DNA from: Candidatus Hydrogenedentota bacterium
GTDB lineage: Bacteria; Hydrogenedentota; Hydrogenedentia; Hydrogenedentales; SLHB01
Length of the DNA stretch: 64,000 nt
NCBI GenBank assembly: GCA_963745075.1
Contig: CAVUWV010000030.1
Span: forward strand, 26,309 to 90,308
Direction of reading: 5' to 3'
Part shown: in pieces, positions 29,920 through 40,058 of the stretch
How positions within the stretch are numbered: position 1 is the first letter of the stretch
Layout: the number at the start of each line of letters is the position of its first letter
The notes under the pieces: generated by a model
The model's database searches: none
What the model was told of the DNA's origin: nothing
What the model saw: only the letters and a program-made list of their open reading frames with translations
Translations under genes and position numbers: made by a program

Positions 29920-30658
29920 TCACCTCTCACCCCATATGATAACAGATTCCCAAGCGATTGGGTTGGGTAATTTGCCGTGTTGCGCCACATCGGCGCGCAG
30001 CCGGGCCAGACCGGATTCGAATTCGTTGCCGGGAAGTAGCGCATAGGTGCTGATAAACCTGCCGGCGACTCGTTCGACGTATGCGGCATCGATGGGCACG
30101 GGCGCCGCGCGGCACACCTCGCTTTGAACGTGGTCAAACCCTGCTGCCTGCATGGCCGCAACAATTTCCGGGACGTTCCTGGAAGCGGCCCGTGTCGACG
30201 CGGGCGAAACTGGGAAAGTAGGCGTTCATGGGATGCCTGCGAATGAACCCGTGGGTCGTCGTGATAAGAACGGCGCAACCTTTACCGAGCACGCGCGCGC
30301 ATTCCTTCATGAGTTCGTCGAGGCGCGGCAAGTGGTGAAGCATGTAGACCGAGAAGATGAAGCCCACCGATTCATGGGCGAAGGGCAGAAACTCGGCGTC
30401 GCCTTGAACCCAATTGACGGGGAGTCGCTTCTTCTGGCCCTTCAATAGCATGCCGTGGGAACGTTCGAGAGCATAGAAAGTCTGGCATGGGTGGCGTTCG
30501 AGGAAGGCCTCGGTGTTGTTGCCGGTACCGGCGCCGAGTTCGAGGATGTGTTGCGCGTTATGTTCGCGGGCCAACGCGATGAGGCGCTCGATGTAGGGTC
30601 CACCGCCACGCCGGTGCTTGTCGTAGTCGTTGGCAAGTGTGTCGTAGTCGATGCGCAT
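29920..30658 (-). CDS. Class I SAM-dependent methyltransferase (one frameshift near 30170)
   Basis: ILELGAGTG, WVQGDAEFLPF; C-terminal ...AAMQAAGF...WESVIIWGER continues in another frame. Confidence 0.85.
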
Positions 30659-30760
30659 ATGATAGTTCATTCTAGCGTATCGGAAGAGTGGACTATTCTG
30701 GACCGATCAAGTCTTAATCATCTGTGCCACGCTCGGCAAGCGCGGCGGTACTGAACACGG

Positions 30761-33700
30761 TCACGCCTTTTTTTCGATCTGGGTGAAGTCTGCGGTCAGG
30801 GTAATGGCGTCGCGCACGTCGCGAACGAGGGCGTGGCGATTCTGACGGACGCGGTCGTTTTGGTCGTTCACGAGGACGGCTTCGAAGTACGCGGCGATGA
30901 TGGGTACCCACGTCAGGATCTCTTCGCAAGCCTTGTCAAACTCCTTCCTCTCGATGAAGGTGCGGACTTTGTCCGCGGAATCGGTGCGAATGAGATTGAG
31001 CGCTTTCTCGTTGTCGTCCAGGAGAGACTCGTCAACGGCGTCAGCGGGATCCTTGACGATGCGCTGCATGCGCTTGGTCTGTTCCGCGAGGTCCTGGAGT
31101 TGATGCTCTTCGAGTTTGCTGATGGCATCGAGGCAGCGGTGCAGTTGCACCGGACGTTTCCCGTGCACGGCGAGTGCGGCCGCGACCTGGTCGTAGACGT
31201 AGCCGTGATCGCGCAGCATGACGGCCATGCGGTCGCTGAAGAAGTCGAGGATGGTTTGCAGCGCCTTGTCCGGTGCGTGAACGATTTCGCCGTAGTTGGC
31301 CAGCGCCGCGCGCACGAACACTTCGAGGTCGATGTCGAGTTGATTCGCGTCGATGATGGAGAGTAAGGCGAGCGCGTTGCGGCGCAGTCCCATGGGATCG
31401 CTGGTGCCTTTGACCCGCTGGCCGATGCCGAAGTAGCCGGCAAGGGTGTCGAAGCGGTCGAGGATGCCGGCCACGGTGCCGAGATTGCATTGCGGCAAGG
31501 CGTCATCTGCGCGGCGGGGCAGACGATGCTCGAAAATGGCTCGGGCGATATCTTCGTCGATGCCCTCTTTGCGGGCGTAGAGCATGCCGACGACGCCCTC
31601 GAGGGAATCAAATTCAAAGACCATCTGCGTGGTGAGGTCGGCCTTCATCAGGGTGAGCACCTCCCCCATCTTCCGGTCGTCGACTTCGGGGAGGAACTGC
31701 TTGAGCGTGAAATAGAGATCGCGCAACCGCGTGACCTTATCCGCTACGGAGCCGAGTTTCTGATGGAACATGACGGTATTCAGCTTCTCGGCGAAGGCCT
31801 TTAATGGGGTCTGGGTGTCCGTATCCCAGAAGTAACGGGCGTCGCGGAGGCGCGCGTTCAACACGCGCTCGTTTCCCGCGCGGATGATGTCGCGGCCCTC
31901 TTTGCTGAACTGGCCGTTTGCGACGCAGATGAACTTGTGGCTGAGCGAACCGTCGGCGGCGCGCAGCGGGATGTAGCGTTGATGGACTTTCATGGGCGTG
32001 ATGATGATGTCCTCGGGAAGGACGAGGGCGTCTTCCGGGATCGCGCCGACGATGGGGTCCGGGTATTCGACGAGATCGGCAATTTCCTCGTAGAGGTCGT
32101 CGTCATCTTCGGCGACGAGTTTTTCCGATTTGGCTAATTCGTGGACGCGATTGACGAGCATCTTCTTGCGATCCGAGTGGTCGGCGAGGACGTAGTGTTT
32201 CTCGAGCGTGTCGAGATAGTCACCGGTGGAATCGATGGTGATGGGTCCGGCGGCCAGACGACGATGACCGTAGGTGACGCGGCCGGAGTTGATGACGCGT
32301 TCGGCGCCGGTGTCGCCTTCGTCGCGAAGCTTGACGGACGCGGGGACGACGGTCGATCCGTGCAAGGCGAGAAGCCAGCGGATGGGCCGGGAGAAGACGG
32401 TAGTCGTATTTTCCCAGCCCATGGTTTTTCCGAAATGAATGCCGGCCAAGACGTCCTCGACCACTTCGCCCAAGAGCTTTGCGAGGTGCTTACCTTTCTG
32501 GTGTACTTTGACGAAGCAATACTCCGATTTGCCGTCGCTGCGGAATTCGATGTCGTCGACGGTGGCCCCTTGTCCTTCCGCGAAGCGTTGTGCAGCCATG
32601 GACCAATCGCCCTTGTCGTTCTGGGCGGCTTGGCGTTTGGGACCGCGGACTTCCTTGGTTGCGTCTTGTTGACGCGCAGGGACGTCGTCAATCAGGAAGG
32701 CGATGCGGCGGGGCGCGACGTAGGTTCGGATTTCGCCGTGCGTGAGACCGCGGGCCTCAAGGGCTTTGGCGACGAGCGCCGGCGTTTGGGATTGGACGGT
32801 CTGCACGTCGCGGTGTGGCAGTTCTTCCACGCCGATCTCGACGAGCAGCGTATCTTTGTCTTTGTAAGTCGGACGGGTCGGGGCGTTCCTGTTCGATGGC
32901 TTCGTACGTGACCGGGCTCGGATGGCGCAACATCGGGAAAGCCCATCTCCTCGCGTTGGGCGAGGAACCCTTTCGCGCACTGTTCGGCGAGGGCCCGGCA
33001 TCGAAGCAGGAAGCGTCCGCGTTCGGACACCGAAAACGCGCCGCGCGCGTCGAGCAGGTTAAACAAGTGCGACAGCCGCAGGCAGTGGTCGTAAGCCGGG
33101 AGGATGAGGCCAAGTTCGAGAAGGCGCTGCCCCTCCCCTTCCCAGATGTCGAAGACCTGGAGCAGTTTCGACGTGTCCGCGACGTCAAAGTTGTACTTGC
33201 AGTACTCGACTTCCTGAGCGTGAAAGATGTCCCGGTAGGTGACACCGCCGGGTGACCATTGCAGATCGAAGATGTTCTCGACGCCTTGCAGGTACATGGC
33301 GATGCGTTCGATGCCGTAGGTGAGTTCGCAGGCGCGCACGTCGAGCTTGAGCCCGCCGCATTCCTGGAAGTAGGTGAATTGGAGCACTTCCATACCGTCG
33401 AGCCACGCTTCCCAACCGAGACCCCAGGCACCGAGGGACGGGCTTTGCCAGTTGTCCTCGACGAAACGGAAGTCGTGAAGTTTTAGATCGAGGCCAAGGG
33501 CTTCGAGGGATTCGAGGAACAGTTCCTGCACGTTTGGCGGCGATGGTTTCAGGATGACCTGGTACTGGTAGTAGTGCTGGAGGCGGTTCGGGTTTTCGCC
33601 GTACCGGCCGTCGGTCGGGCGTGTGCTCGGCTCCGTGTACGCGACCCACCAGGGTTCCGGCCCCAACACGCGCAGGAACGTGGCCGGGTTGGACGTGCCC

Positions 33701-33792
33701 GCGCCCACTTCCGTGTGATACGGCGTCCACAAGAGACAGCCGCGGCTGCTCCAGAAGTTGTTGAGGGTCTGCAACACATCCTGCACGTACAT
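30761..33792 (-). CDS. glyS: Glycine--tRNA ligase, probably a single alpha-beta fusion (GlyQS) interrupted by two apparent +1 indels near 32870-32940
   Basis: Alpha part: [40 protein letters not shown]. Beta part: [40 protein letters not shown]. No separate start or RBS for beta. Confidence 0.95.
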
Positions 33793-33960
33793 GATCGATT
33801 CGGTCCTTCTAACGTGGTCGTATCCCGGGAAAGTCCGCCGTGCCACCCGGCCCCGGCGCCGGCGAAGAAAGGGTTAATGCAAAGCGAGAATTGTACTTGC
33901 GAACGGGTGCGGGAGTCAAAGAATGGGCGGATGAATGGGTGGACGGAAAAGTGGGAAAGA

Positions 33961-33987
33961 CCACAGCCGGGGGCGGCTGTGCCACAC
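33961..33987 (-). repeat. REP copy 1
   Basis: CCACAGCCGGGGGCGGCTGTGCCACAC, the reverse complement of GTGTGG-CACAGCCG-CCCC-CGGCTGTG-G. Confidence 0.92.
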
Positions 33988-34088
33988 GTCTACCTCGTAA
34001 GACCATGTTCTTGTCCACCCGTTGCACGCTCAGTCTATATTCAGAGACTTCGACGGTTAGTTGTGAAAACCGAGTGTTCACCAAGCGA

Positions 34089-34114
34089 GTGTGGCACAGC
34101 CGCCCCCGGCTGTG
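34089..34114 (+). repeat. REP copy 2
   Basis: GTGTGGCACAGCCGCCCCCGGCTGTG. Confidence 0.92.
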
Positions 34115-34203
34115 ATTTTTCCGCACTTCGTGAACATGCAGTCCCGGAGTAGCTCGCAGAACCCTCCTTAATCCCATGTGAGAAGTCACGTCAGAATCCC
34201 GAC

Positions 34204-34770
34204 ATGGAACATGAGAAGCCCGACAAACCGGACGTCCATGGCAAACGCCGAAAGGCGAAGCCGAGCAAAGAGTTCTACCACCGAAACCTGCCACATATTC
34301 AGAAGTCAGGCCGTCCAATCTTTGTCACTTTCCGTACCTACCGGCGCATCATCTTGCCAGAGACTGTACGTACGCAAGTTCTACAGCATTGTTTGTACGA
34401 CAACGGACGCCGAATCCACGTCTATTGTGCGGTCGTCATGCCAGATCACGTCCATATGCTCTTCACCCTGCTCGAAGATGATGACGGAACGGCGTTCAGC
34501 TTGGAGGAGATTACAAACGGGATTAAGGGCGCTTCCGCTCACACGGTCAACCGTCAATTGAGGCGAAAAGGATGCCTATGGCAGGACGAATCCTTTGACC
34601 ATGTTCTTCGATCCGACCAGAGCGTCGAGGCGAAATCACAGTATATTTGCGATAACCCGATTCGAAAGGGTCTGGTTTCCGAGCAGGACGACTATCCCTG
34701 GCTTTGGCGAGAATGGGTTGAAGGCGAAGCGGATACTCAAAACGACTCGGCGCAAGAAGAACGAGACTAA
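34204..34770 (+). CDS. REP-associated tyrosine transposase (RAYT, IS200/IS605 TnpA-like Y1 family)
   Basis: RNLPH, IFVTFRT, HUH motif VMPDHVHML, LWQDESFDHVLR, catalytic Tyr in QYICDNPIRKGLV. Confidence 0.92.
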   Translation: MEHEKPDKPDVHGKRRKAKPSKEFYHRNLPHIQKSGRPIFVTFRTYRRIILPETVRTQVLQHCLYDNGRRIHVYCAVVMPDHVHMLFTLLEDDDGTAFSLEEITNGIKGASAHTVNRQLRRKGCLWQDESFDHVLRSDQSVEAKSQYICDNPIRKGLVSEQDDYPWLWREWVEGEADTQNDSAQEERD

Positions 34771-34773
34771 AGA

Positions 34774-34800
34774 CCACAGCCGGGGGCGGCTGTGCCACAC
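34774..34800 (-). repeat. REP copy 3
   Basis: CCACAGCCGGGGGCGGCTGTGCCACAC, starting 3 nt after the RAYT stop. Confidence 0.92.
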
Positions 34801-34901
34801 TCGCTTGGAAAGTACTTGATTCTTGGGTCCAACCGTCGACATCACTGAGATCGACAGCGGCTTCGCCGGGTTGGGAGGGGAATTTGTCTTGTGCGGTAGA
34901 C

Positions 34902-34928
34902 GTGTGGCACAGCCGGCCCCGGCTGTGG
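34902..34928 (+). repeat. REP copy 4
   Basis: GTGTGGCACAGCCGGCCCCGGCTGTGG (one loop substitution). Confidence 0.92.
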
Positions 34929-35063
34929 TCTTCTTACTTGAGCTAAGTCCTCGCCATATGGCATTCAAGCCCAAAATTCCCCTATAGTGCTTCAGAGCTT
35001 GGAGAATGCGGAATGGAGGCGCACCTTGATGCGTCTCACATAAGCCAACGGGGAGTTTTTGCG

Positions 35064-36284
35064 ATGAAGTTCTATCGTGTACTGACATTGGGCGTGCTGT
35101 GTCTGGCTTTGGCGTTCGTGTGCCTTTCTGCGAAAGCAGAGCCTAAGCACGTTTACCTGACCTATTCGGATGCGCCGGAAACGACGATTGACATCAACGT
35201 GATGCTGGACGAGAAGGAAGGCGATACGGTGGATGTGTATTACGACACGAAGCCGCATGGCGGGGAACTCGATGCGTACGCGCAGCATGTGACCGCCGAG
35301 TACGTTCAGACGGTGATGCAAATCAGCGACGACCGCGTCGTGTATGTGGCGACGCTGACGGGGCTGGAACCGGGAACCGAGTATTACTTCGTTGCGGGCG
35401 AGACGAAAGAATATGGCATGTCGAAGGAGCGCAAGTTCCGGACCTTGCCCGGAGGCGACAAGCCGTTCCGCTTTGTGACCGGCGGCGACATGGGCGTCGA
35501 CGGCTTTGCGATCGCGCTGCTCGAGATCGTGAGCGAGACGGAACCGGACTTTGGCGTCGTTGGTGGCGATATACCGTACGCGAACGGGCGGCTGGCTGAC
35601 CGCTTCTTGTGGGACAAGTGGCTGGACAACTGGGACCGGCTGACGACGACGGAGGACGACCGGATGATTCCGATCGTGGCCGCCATCGGAAACCATGAGA
35701 CGAACGACTATGATTCGCCAAACCAGGACTTGCGGGCGCCGTGGTACATGAGCATTTTCGGTCGTCAGGGCGAGAACGTGTATTACTCGCGGCAGTTCGG
35801 CGATAACATGGTGTTGTTCGCGCTGGATTCGGGTCATCTGGTGAGCCATGAGGCACAAGCGCCCTGGCTCGACAAGGAGATGGCAAAGTACCAGGACGTA
35901 AGGTACAAGTTCGCGGTGTACCACGTGCCGCTGTATCCCGCTCACCGCCCCTATGAGGGCGGCGGTTCGGTTGCCGGTCGCGAGTATTGGCTGCCCATCT
36001 TCGACAAGTACGGGCTGACCGTGGGGATGGAGAATCACGATCACGTGTTCAAACGCACGAAGCCATTGAAGGGAAACAAGGTTGTTGAGCAGGGTACGGT
36101 GTTTATCGGCGACGGCTGTTTCGGCCGCGAGCCGCGCGAGGTGGATGCCGAGTTACGCTGGTACAACGTGAAGCAGTTGTCGAAGGCGCATTTCTGGGTG
36201 GTCGACGTGGCCGATTCGGGGCTGAAGCTGAAGGCAATCGATGCCGAGGGGATTGAGATTGACGCGTTCGAGTTGCCGGGGTAA
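35064..36284 (+). CDS. Secreted purple-acid-phosphatase-like metallophosphoesterase with N-terminal FN3-like domain
   Basis: Signal peptide; LTGLEPGTEYYF; GGDMG, GGDIPYA, GNHE, VYHVPLYP, HDHVFKRT. Confidence 0.9.
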   Translation: MKFYRVLTLGVLCLALAFVCLSAKAEPKHVYLTYSDAPETTIDINVMLDEKEGDTVDVYYDTKPHGGELDAYAQHVTAEYVQTVMQISDDRVVYVATLTGLEPGTEYYFVAGETKEYGMSKERKFRTLPGGDKPFRFVTGGDMGVDGFAIALLEIVSETEPDFGVVGGDIPYANGRLADRFLWDKWLDNWDRLTTTEDDRMIPIVAAIGNHETNDYDSPNQDLRAPWYMSIFGRQGENVYYSRQFGDNMVLFALDSGHLVSHEAQAPWLDKEMAKYQDVRYKFAVYHVPLYPAHRPYEGGGSVAGREYWLPIFDKYGLTVGMENHDHVFKRTKPLKGNKVVEQGTVFIGDGCFGREPREVDAELRWYNVKQLSKAHFWVVDVADSGLKLKAIDAEGIEIDAFELPG

Positions 36285-36309
36285 GTTGCCAATTTAGCGT
36301 TGCGGTGGT

Positions 36310-36344
36310 CAAAGTAGACGCGGCTTCCAGCCGCGTCTACTTTG
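36310..36344. terminator. Perfect 16-bp intercistronic hairpin
   Basis: CAAAGTAGACGCGGCT-TCC-AGCCGCGTCTACTTTG, ending just before the AAGGAG RBS of the next gene. Confidence 0.6.
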
Positions 36345-36359
36345 GGAAGGAGTAATCTC

Positions 36360-37390
36360 GTGATTCGATACTTCGTTCTGATGGCAGTGTTCGCTGGCGT
36401 GCAGGTTGCCGCTTCTGCGCAGGATTTGGCGGCGGCACCCAACCGGCCGGTGCCGTTGATATTCGATACGGATATCGGGAATGACGTGGACGACGCGCTG
36501 GCGTTGGGCGTGATCCATGCGTTGGAGAGCCGGGGCGAGTGTACGTTGCTGGCCGTGACGATCACCAAGGACAATGAACTATGCGCTCCGTTTGTGGACG
36601 CGGTGAACACGTTTTACGGGCGCGGCGACATACCCATCGGCGTCGTGAAAGACGGGCCAACGCCGGAAGTCAGCAAGTTACTGCCGCTGGCGCGGGACAG
36701 AGCGACAACGGGGTGTTGCGGTATCCCCACGATCTGGAGAGTGGCAAGGATGCGCCGGACGCGACGACGGTGTTACGCAAGGCGCTGGCCGGCGCGGAGG
36801 ACCATTCCGTTGTGATTGCCCAAGTCGGGTTCTCGACGAATCTGGCGCGCCTCTTGGCTTCGGGTCCGGACGAGATTTCGGAACTTTCCGGAAGGAATCT
36901 CGCCGCGAAGAAGGTGAGACTGATTTCCGTGATGGCGGGGGCGTTTCAGCCGATCCAGGACAAGACGCACAAGGAATACAACGTGGTGATGGATATCCCC
37001 TCGGCGCAGGCCTTGGCGCGGGACTGGCCGACGCCCATCGTGTATAGCGGATACGAGATTGGCCTGAACATCCCCTACCCCGCCGCGAGCATCGATAACG
37101 ATTTTGCTTATGTGGCGCATCATCCGCTCCAGGAAGCGTATCAACTGTACATGCCGACGCCCCATGAACGGCCGACCTGGGATCTGACGAGCGTCCTGTG
37201 GGTGGTGCGGCCGGATCGCGGGTATTTTGATTTATCGCCCCCCGGCAAGACGCAGGTGACAGACGATGGTGTGACGGAATTCAAAGAGGCCGCGGATGAG
37301 AATTGCCGGTACCTTATCGCGAGCAAGGAGCAGCGCATACGGGTACGGGAGGCGCTGGCGCTGCTGGCGAGCCAGCCGCCCGGAGAATAG
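36360..37390 (+). CDS. Secreted nucleoside hydrolase (IU-NH family), one frameshift near 36700
   Basis: GTG start after AAGGAG; IFDTDIGNDVDDALAL; later KEYNV, RPTWDLTSVL in the second frame. Confidence 0.88.
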
Positions 37391-37509
37391 GCTGGAGTCC
37401 GGAGTCTGGAGGAAATCGGATCGGTCGGCGCGGTGCGATTGAATTTAACCGTACCCACGCGGCCCGTGGGTGGTCCCGGAGCAGATTCACGATTAGGGGT
37501 GCAATAGCC

Positions 37510-39762
37510 ATGCGTTGGCCAATCGGAGTGTGGATAGGCGCGGTTGTTCTTGCCACGCACGCGCTGGCGCAAGAGCTTACGCTTCAAAGTGCTGCCATTC
37601 GCGTTGCCCTTGAGCCAGATGGTGCGGCGGTTGCGCAGATTTCCGATCTCGGGACCGATCATGCCTTTCTCTCCACGGCCGGACACACTCCCCTTTGGTC
37701 GCTCGAATTGATGGACGGGACTGTTTTGGGTCCGGAGTCGTCCAAACGGGTGCCGAAGCAAGTCCGTTCCGATGCGGGAGACCGCGTGGCTATTACATGG
37801 TCCGAATTCGGCGTCGAGACGGCGCCGGATTTGCGCGTCTCGGTGAGTATGGGTATGCAAGCGGAACGGCCGGTAGCCCAGTGGCATATCACGTTGGATG
37901 GCTTAGGGGAGGCGGCGGTGCGTGCGGTTCATTTCCCACGAATCGGGCCGATTGCCAAACAGGGTGGCGAAACCTTGGTCGTGCCGCAATGGATCGGCGA
38001 GGCGACGACGCAGGCGCGGACCATGCTCAATCCGCAAGGTAGCGAAGGCCGTCGGCGGGAATGGGAATACCCAGGACTGCTGTCGATGCAGTTTCTGGCG
38101 CTGTACGGGGGCGACGGCCCGGGATTGATGGTTTCGACCAATGACACGGCGCTCAAGGCGAAACGATTCGCTGTCTTCGGGGACGGCAACGGGGGCTTGG
38201 GACTCGACGTCACGCATATTGTTCCGGTTAGAAGCGATGAAGACGGTCGTTTCGACCCCGGGTACGACGTGCTGATCGGCACGTTCGACGGGGATTGGTA
38301 TACCGCCGCCGATCGATACCGGGATTGGGCCAAGGAACAGTGGTGGGTCACGGAGAGCCGCGTGCGCGCGGGCCAAACGCCGGACTGGGTGCGGGACACG
38401 GGGCTGTGGGTGTGGAACCGGGGCAAATCACCCGGGGTGCTGGGACCGGCGGAGGCGCTGCAGAAGCGAGCGGGCATGCCGGTGAGTGTGTTCTGGCACT
38501 GGTGGCACGGATGCGCGTACGACGTGGGGTTTCCGGAATACCTCCCGCCGCGAGAAGGAACGGATGCGTTCCGCGCGGCGGTCGCGAAGGCGGATACGCA
38601 GGGGATCCATGCCATCGTCTATATGAACCAGCGGCTTTGGGGCATGACGACGAAGAGCTGGAAGGAGCAAGGCGCGGAAGCGTACGCCGTGAAGCAGCCC
38701 GATGGCACGGTTCACCCGGAGGTGTACAACACGTTTGTGAAGGCGCCGTGCGCCTCGATGTGCATGGGCACGGCGTTCTGGCGGAATACGTATGCAGAAA
38801 TTGCGGAACGGGTCGTGCGCAATCTTGGGGTGGCAGGCATTTACATGGATCAGGCCTGTTCGCGTCTCGCGTGCTACGACCCGATGCACGGCCATCCGCT
38901 GGGCGGCGGAACGTACTGGATGGACGGATTCAAGGCGCTGGAGCGCGACATCCGCCAACGTTGTGCGGATGTAAAGGCGGTGGCGCTCGCGGGAGAAGGA
39001 TGCGGCGAGGGGTGGCTCCCCCACCTCGATCTGATGCTTTCGTTGCAGGTCAGCCTGGAGCGTTACGCCGCACCGGGGATGTGGGAGCCGATCCCGCTGT
39101 TTAATGCCGTGTATCACGACTGTTCGACACAATACGGGAACTACTCGTCACTAACGCGTCCGCCGTACGACGAATTGTGGCCCAAGGAATTTGCGCCGAA
39201 GAACCCTCTCGCGTTGCTGAACCGGAAGTTCGCGACGCAGTTTCGGATGGAACAGGCGCGGTCTTTTGTGTGGGGACAACAACCGACGCTCGCCAACTTT
39301 CAGGAGAATCAAATAAAGGAGCGCGCGGAGGAGATCGATTACTTGTTGCGCGTTGCGCGGTTGCGGCGAGTGGCTTCAAAATATCTGAGAGACGGTGTGT
39401 TTCTGCGGCCGCCGGAATTCGAAGTGCCGCGCGCCGAGATTCCCATCTCGCGCCTCTCGATCTACGCGGGGCAACAGGACGCGGTACAGGAATACACGAA
39501 GACCGTTCCCCTGGTTCTTGCGAGCGCATGGTTGGCGAACGACGGCGACATTGGCATCGCGCTGGCCAACATTGACGACGCGCCCGGGCCAATTACCATT
39601 ATGCTGACTTCGGATCAATATCCCCTACCCCAATCGGGAACCGTTTATCGACTGACGGAAACGGGTCGCAGTGAGGTGACACGGATCTCAGGCGGTTCCG
39701 TGCGACTGGACCTCCCATTGGATCCCTGCGACGCGCAGGTCTATGAAGTCGTAAACGAGTGA
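37510..39762 (+). CDS. Secreted DUF6259-like putative glycoside-hydrolase-type protein
   Basis: Signal peptide ending THALA; WHWWH, GIYMDQ and LAGEG motifs reminiscent of a GH TIM barrel. Family label is from recall. Confidence 0.65.
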   Translation: MRWPIGVWIGAVVLATHALAQELTLQSAAIRVALEPDGAAVAQISDLGTDHAFLSTAGHTPLWSLELMDGTVLGPESSKRVPKQVRSDAGDRVAITWSEFGVETAPDLRVSVSMGMQAERPVAQWHITLDGLGEAAVRAVHFPRIGPIAKQGGETLVVPQWIGEATTQARTMLNPQGSEGRRREWEYPGLLSMQFLALYGGDGPGLMVSTNDTALKAKRFAVFGDGNGGLGLDVTHIVPVRSDEDGRFDPGYDVLIGTFDGDWYTAADRYRDWAKEQWWVTESRVRAGQTPDWVRDTGLWVWNRGKSPGVLGPAEALQKRAGMPVSVFWHWWHGCAYDVGFPEYLPPREGTDAFRAAVAKADTQGIHAIVYMNQRLWGMTTKSWKEQGAEAYAVKQPDGTVHPEVYNTFVKAPCASMCMGTAFWRNTYAEIAERVVRNLGVAGIYMDQACSRLACYDPMHGHPLGGGTYWMDGFKALERDIRQRCADVKAVALAGEGCGEGWLPHLDLMLSLQVSLERYAAPGMWEPIPLFNAVYHDCSTQYGNYSSLTRPPYDELWPKEFAPKNPLALLNRKFATQFRMEQARSFVWGQQPTLANFQENQIKERAEEIDYLLRVARLRRVASKYLRDGVFLRPPEFEVPRAEIPISRLSIYAGQQDAVQEYTKTVPLVLASAWLANDGDIGIALANIDDAPGPITIMLTSDQYPLPQSGTVYRLTETGRSEVTRISGGSVRLDLPLDPCDAQVYEVVNE

Positions 39763-39841
39763 GCTGCAAATCTTGTTTTCGTTTGTATGGGATCCTGTAA
39801 AACGCCGGTGCTGTCCTAACCACGACAAAGGAGAACCGTTT

Positions 39842-39949
39842 ATGAAGCATCTGAAGACGATGTCGAAAGCGAAACGTCCCGCTCCGGCGGTGGTTTCGTC
39901 GAACCCGATCAAGGCGTTCCTGATGAAGATTAAGGGCTCGCCGGATTAA
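39842..39949 (+). CDS. 35-aa small peptide MKHLKTMSKAKRPAPAVVSSNPIKAFLMKIKGSPD
   Basis: Below the ORF-track cutoff. AAAGGAG RBS 8 nt upstream; N-terminus similar to 2398-2532. Confidence 0.68.
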   Translation: MKHLKTMSKAKRPAPAVVSSNPIKAFLMKIKGSPD

Positions 39950-40058
39950 GCGACGCAGTCGGTACAAGCATGCGCCGGACATGTTAGGTTCGAGTATTGA
40001 GGCTTTGACGTGTAAGGCGAATTTTCGCTGGCGAAAGTACGAATCCGGGTCCAGTGCG

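Larger units (their letters stand above)
33957..34932. mobile_element. RAYT-REPIN cassette: transposase flanked by two inverted REP doublets
   Basis: Four REP copies and an HUH/Y1 transposase; see findings. Confidence 0.82.

Noticed and set aside
32692-33001. Programmed ribosomal frameshifting between glyQ and glyS
   Set aside because: Two successive shifts would be required, no slippery heptamer is evident, and similar indels occur in many neighbouring genes.
33957-34932. REP copies as a CRISPR array
   Set aside because: The repeats alternate in orientation, spacers are 101 nt, a transposase lies in the middle, and no cas genes are present.
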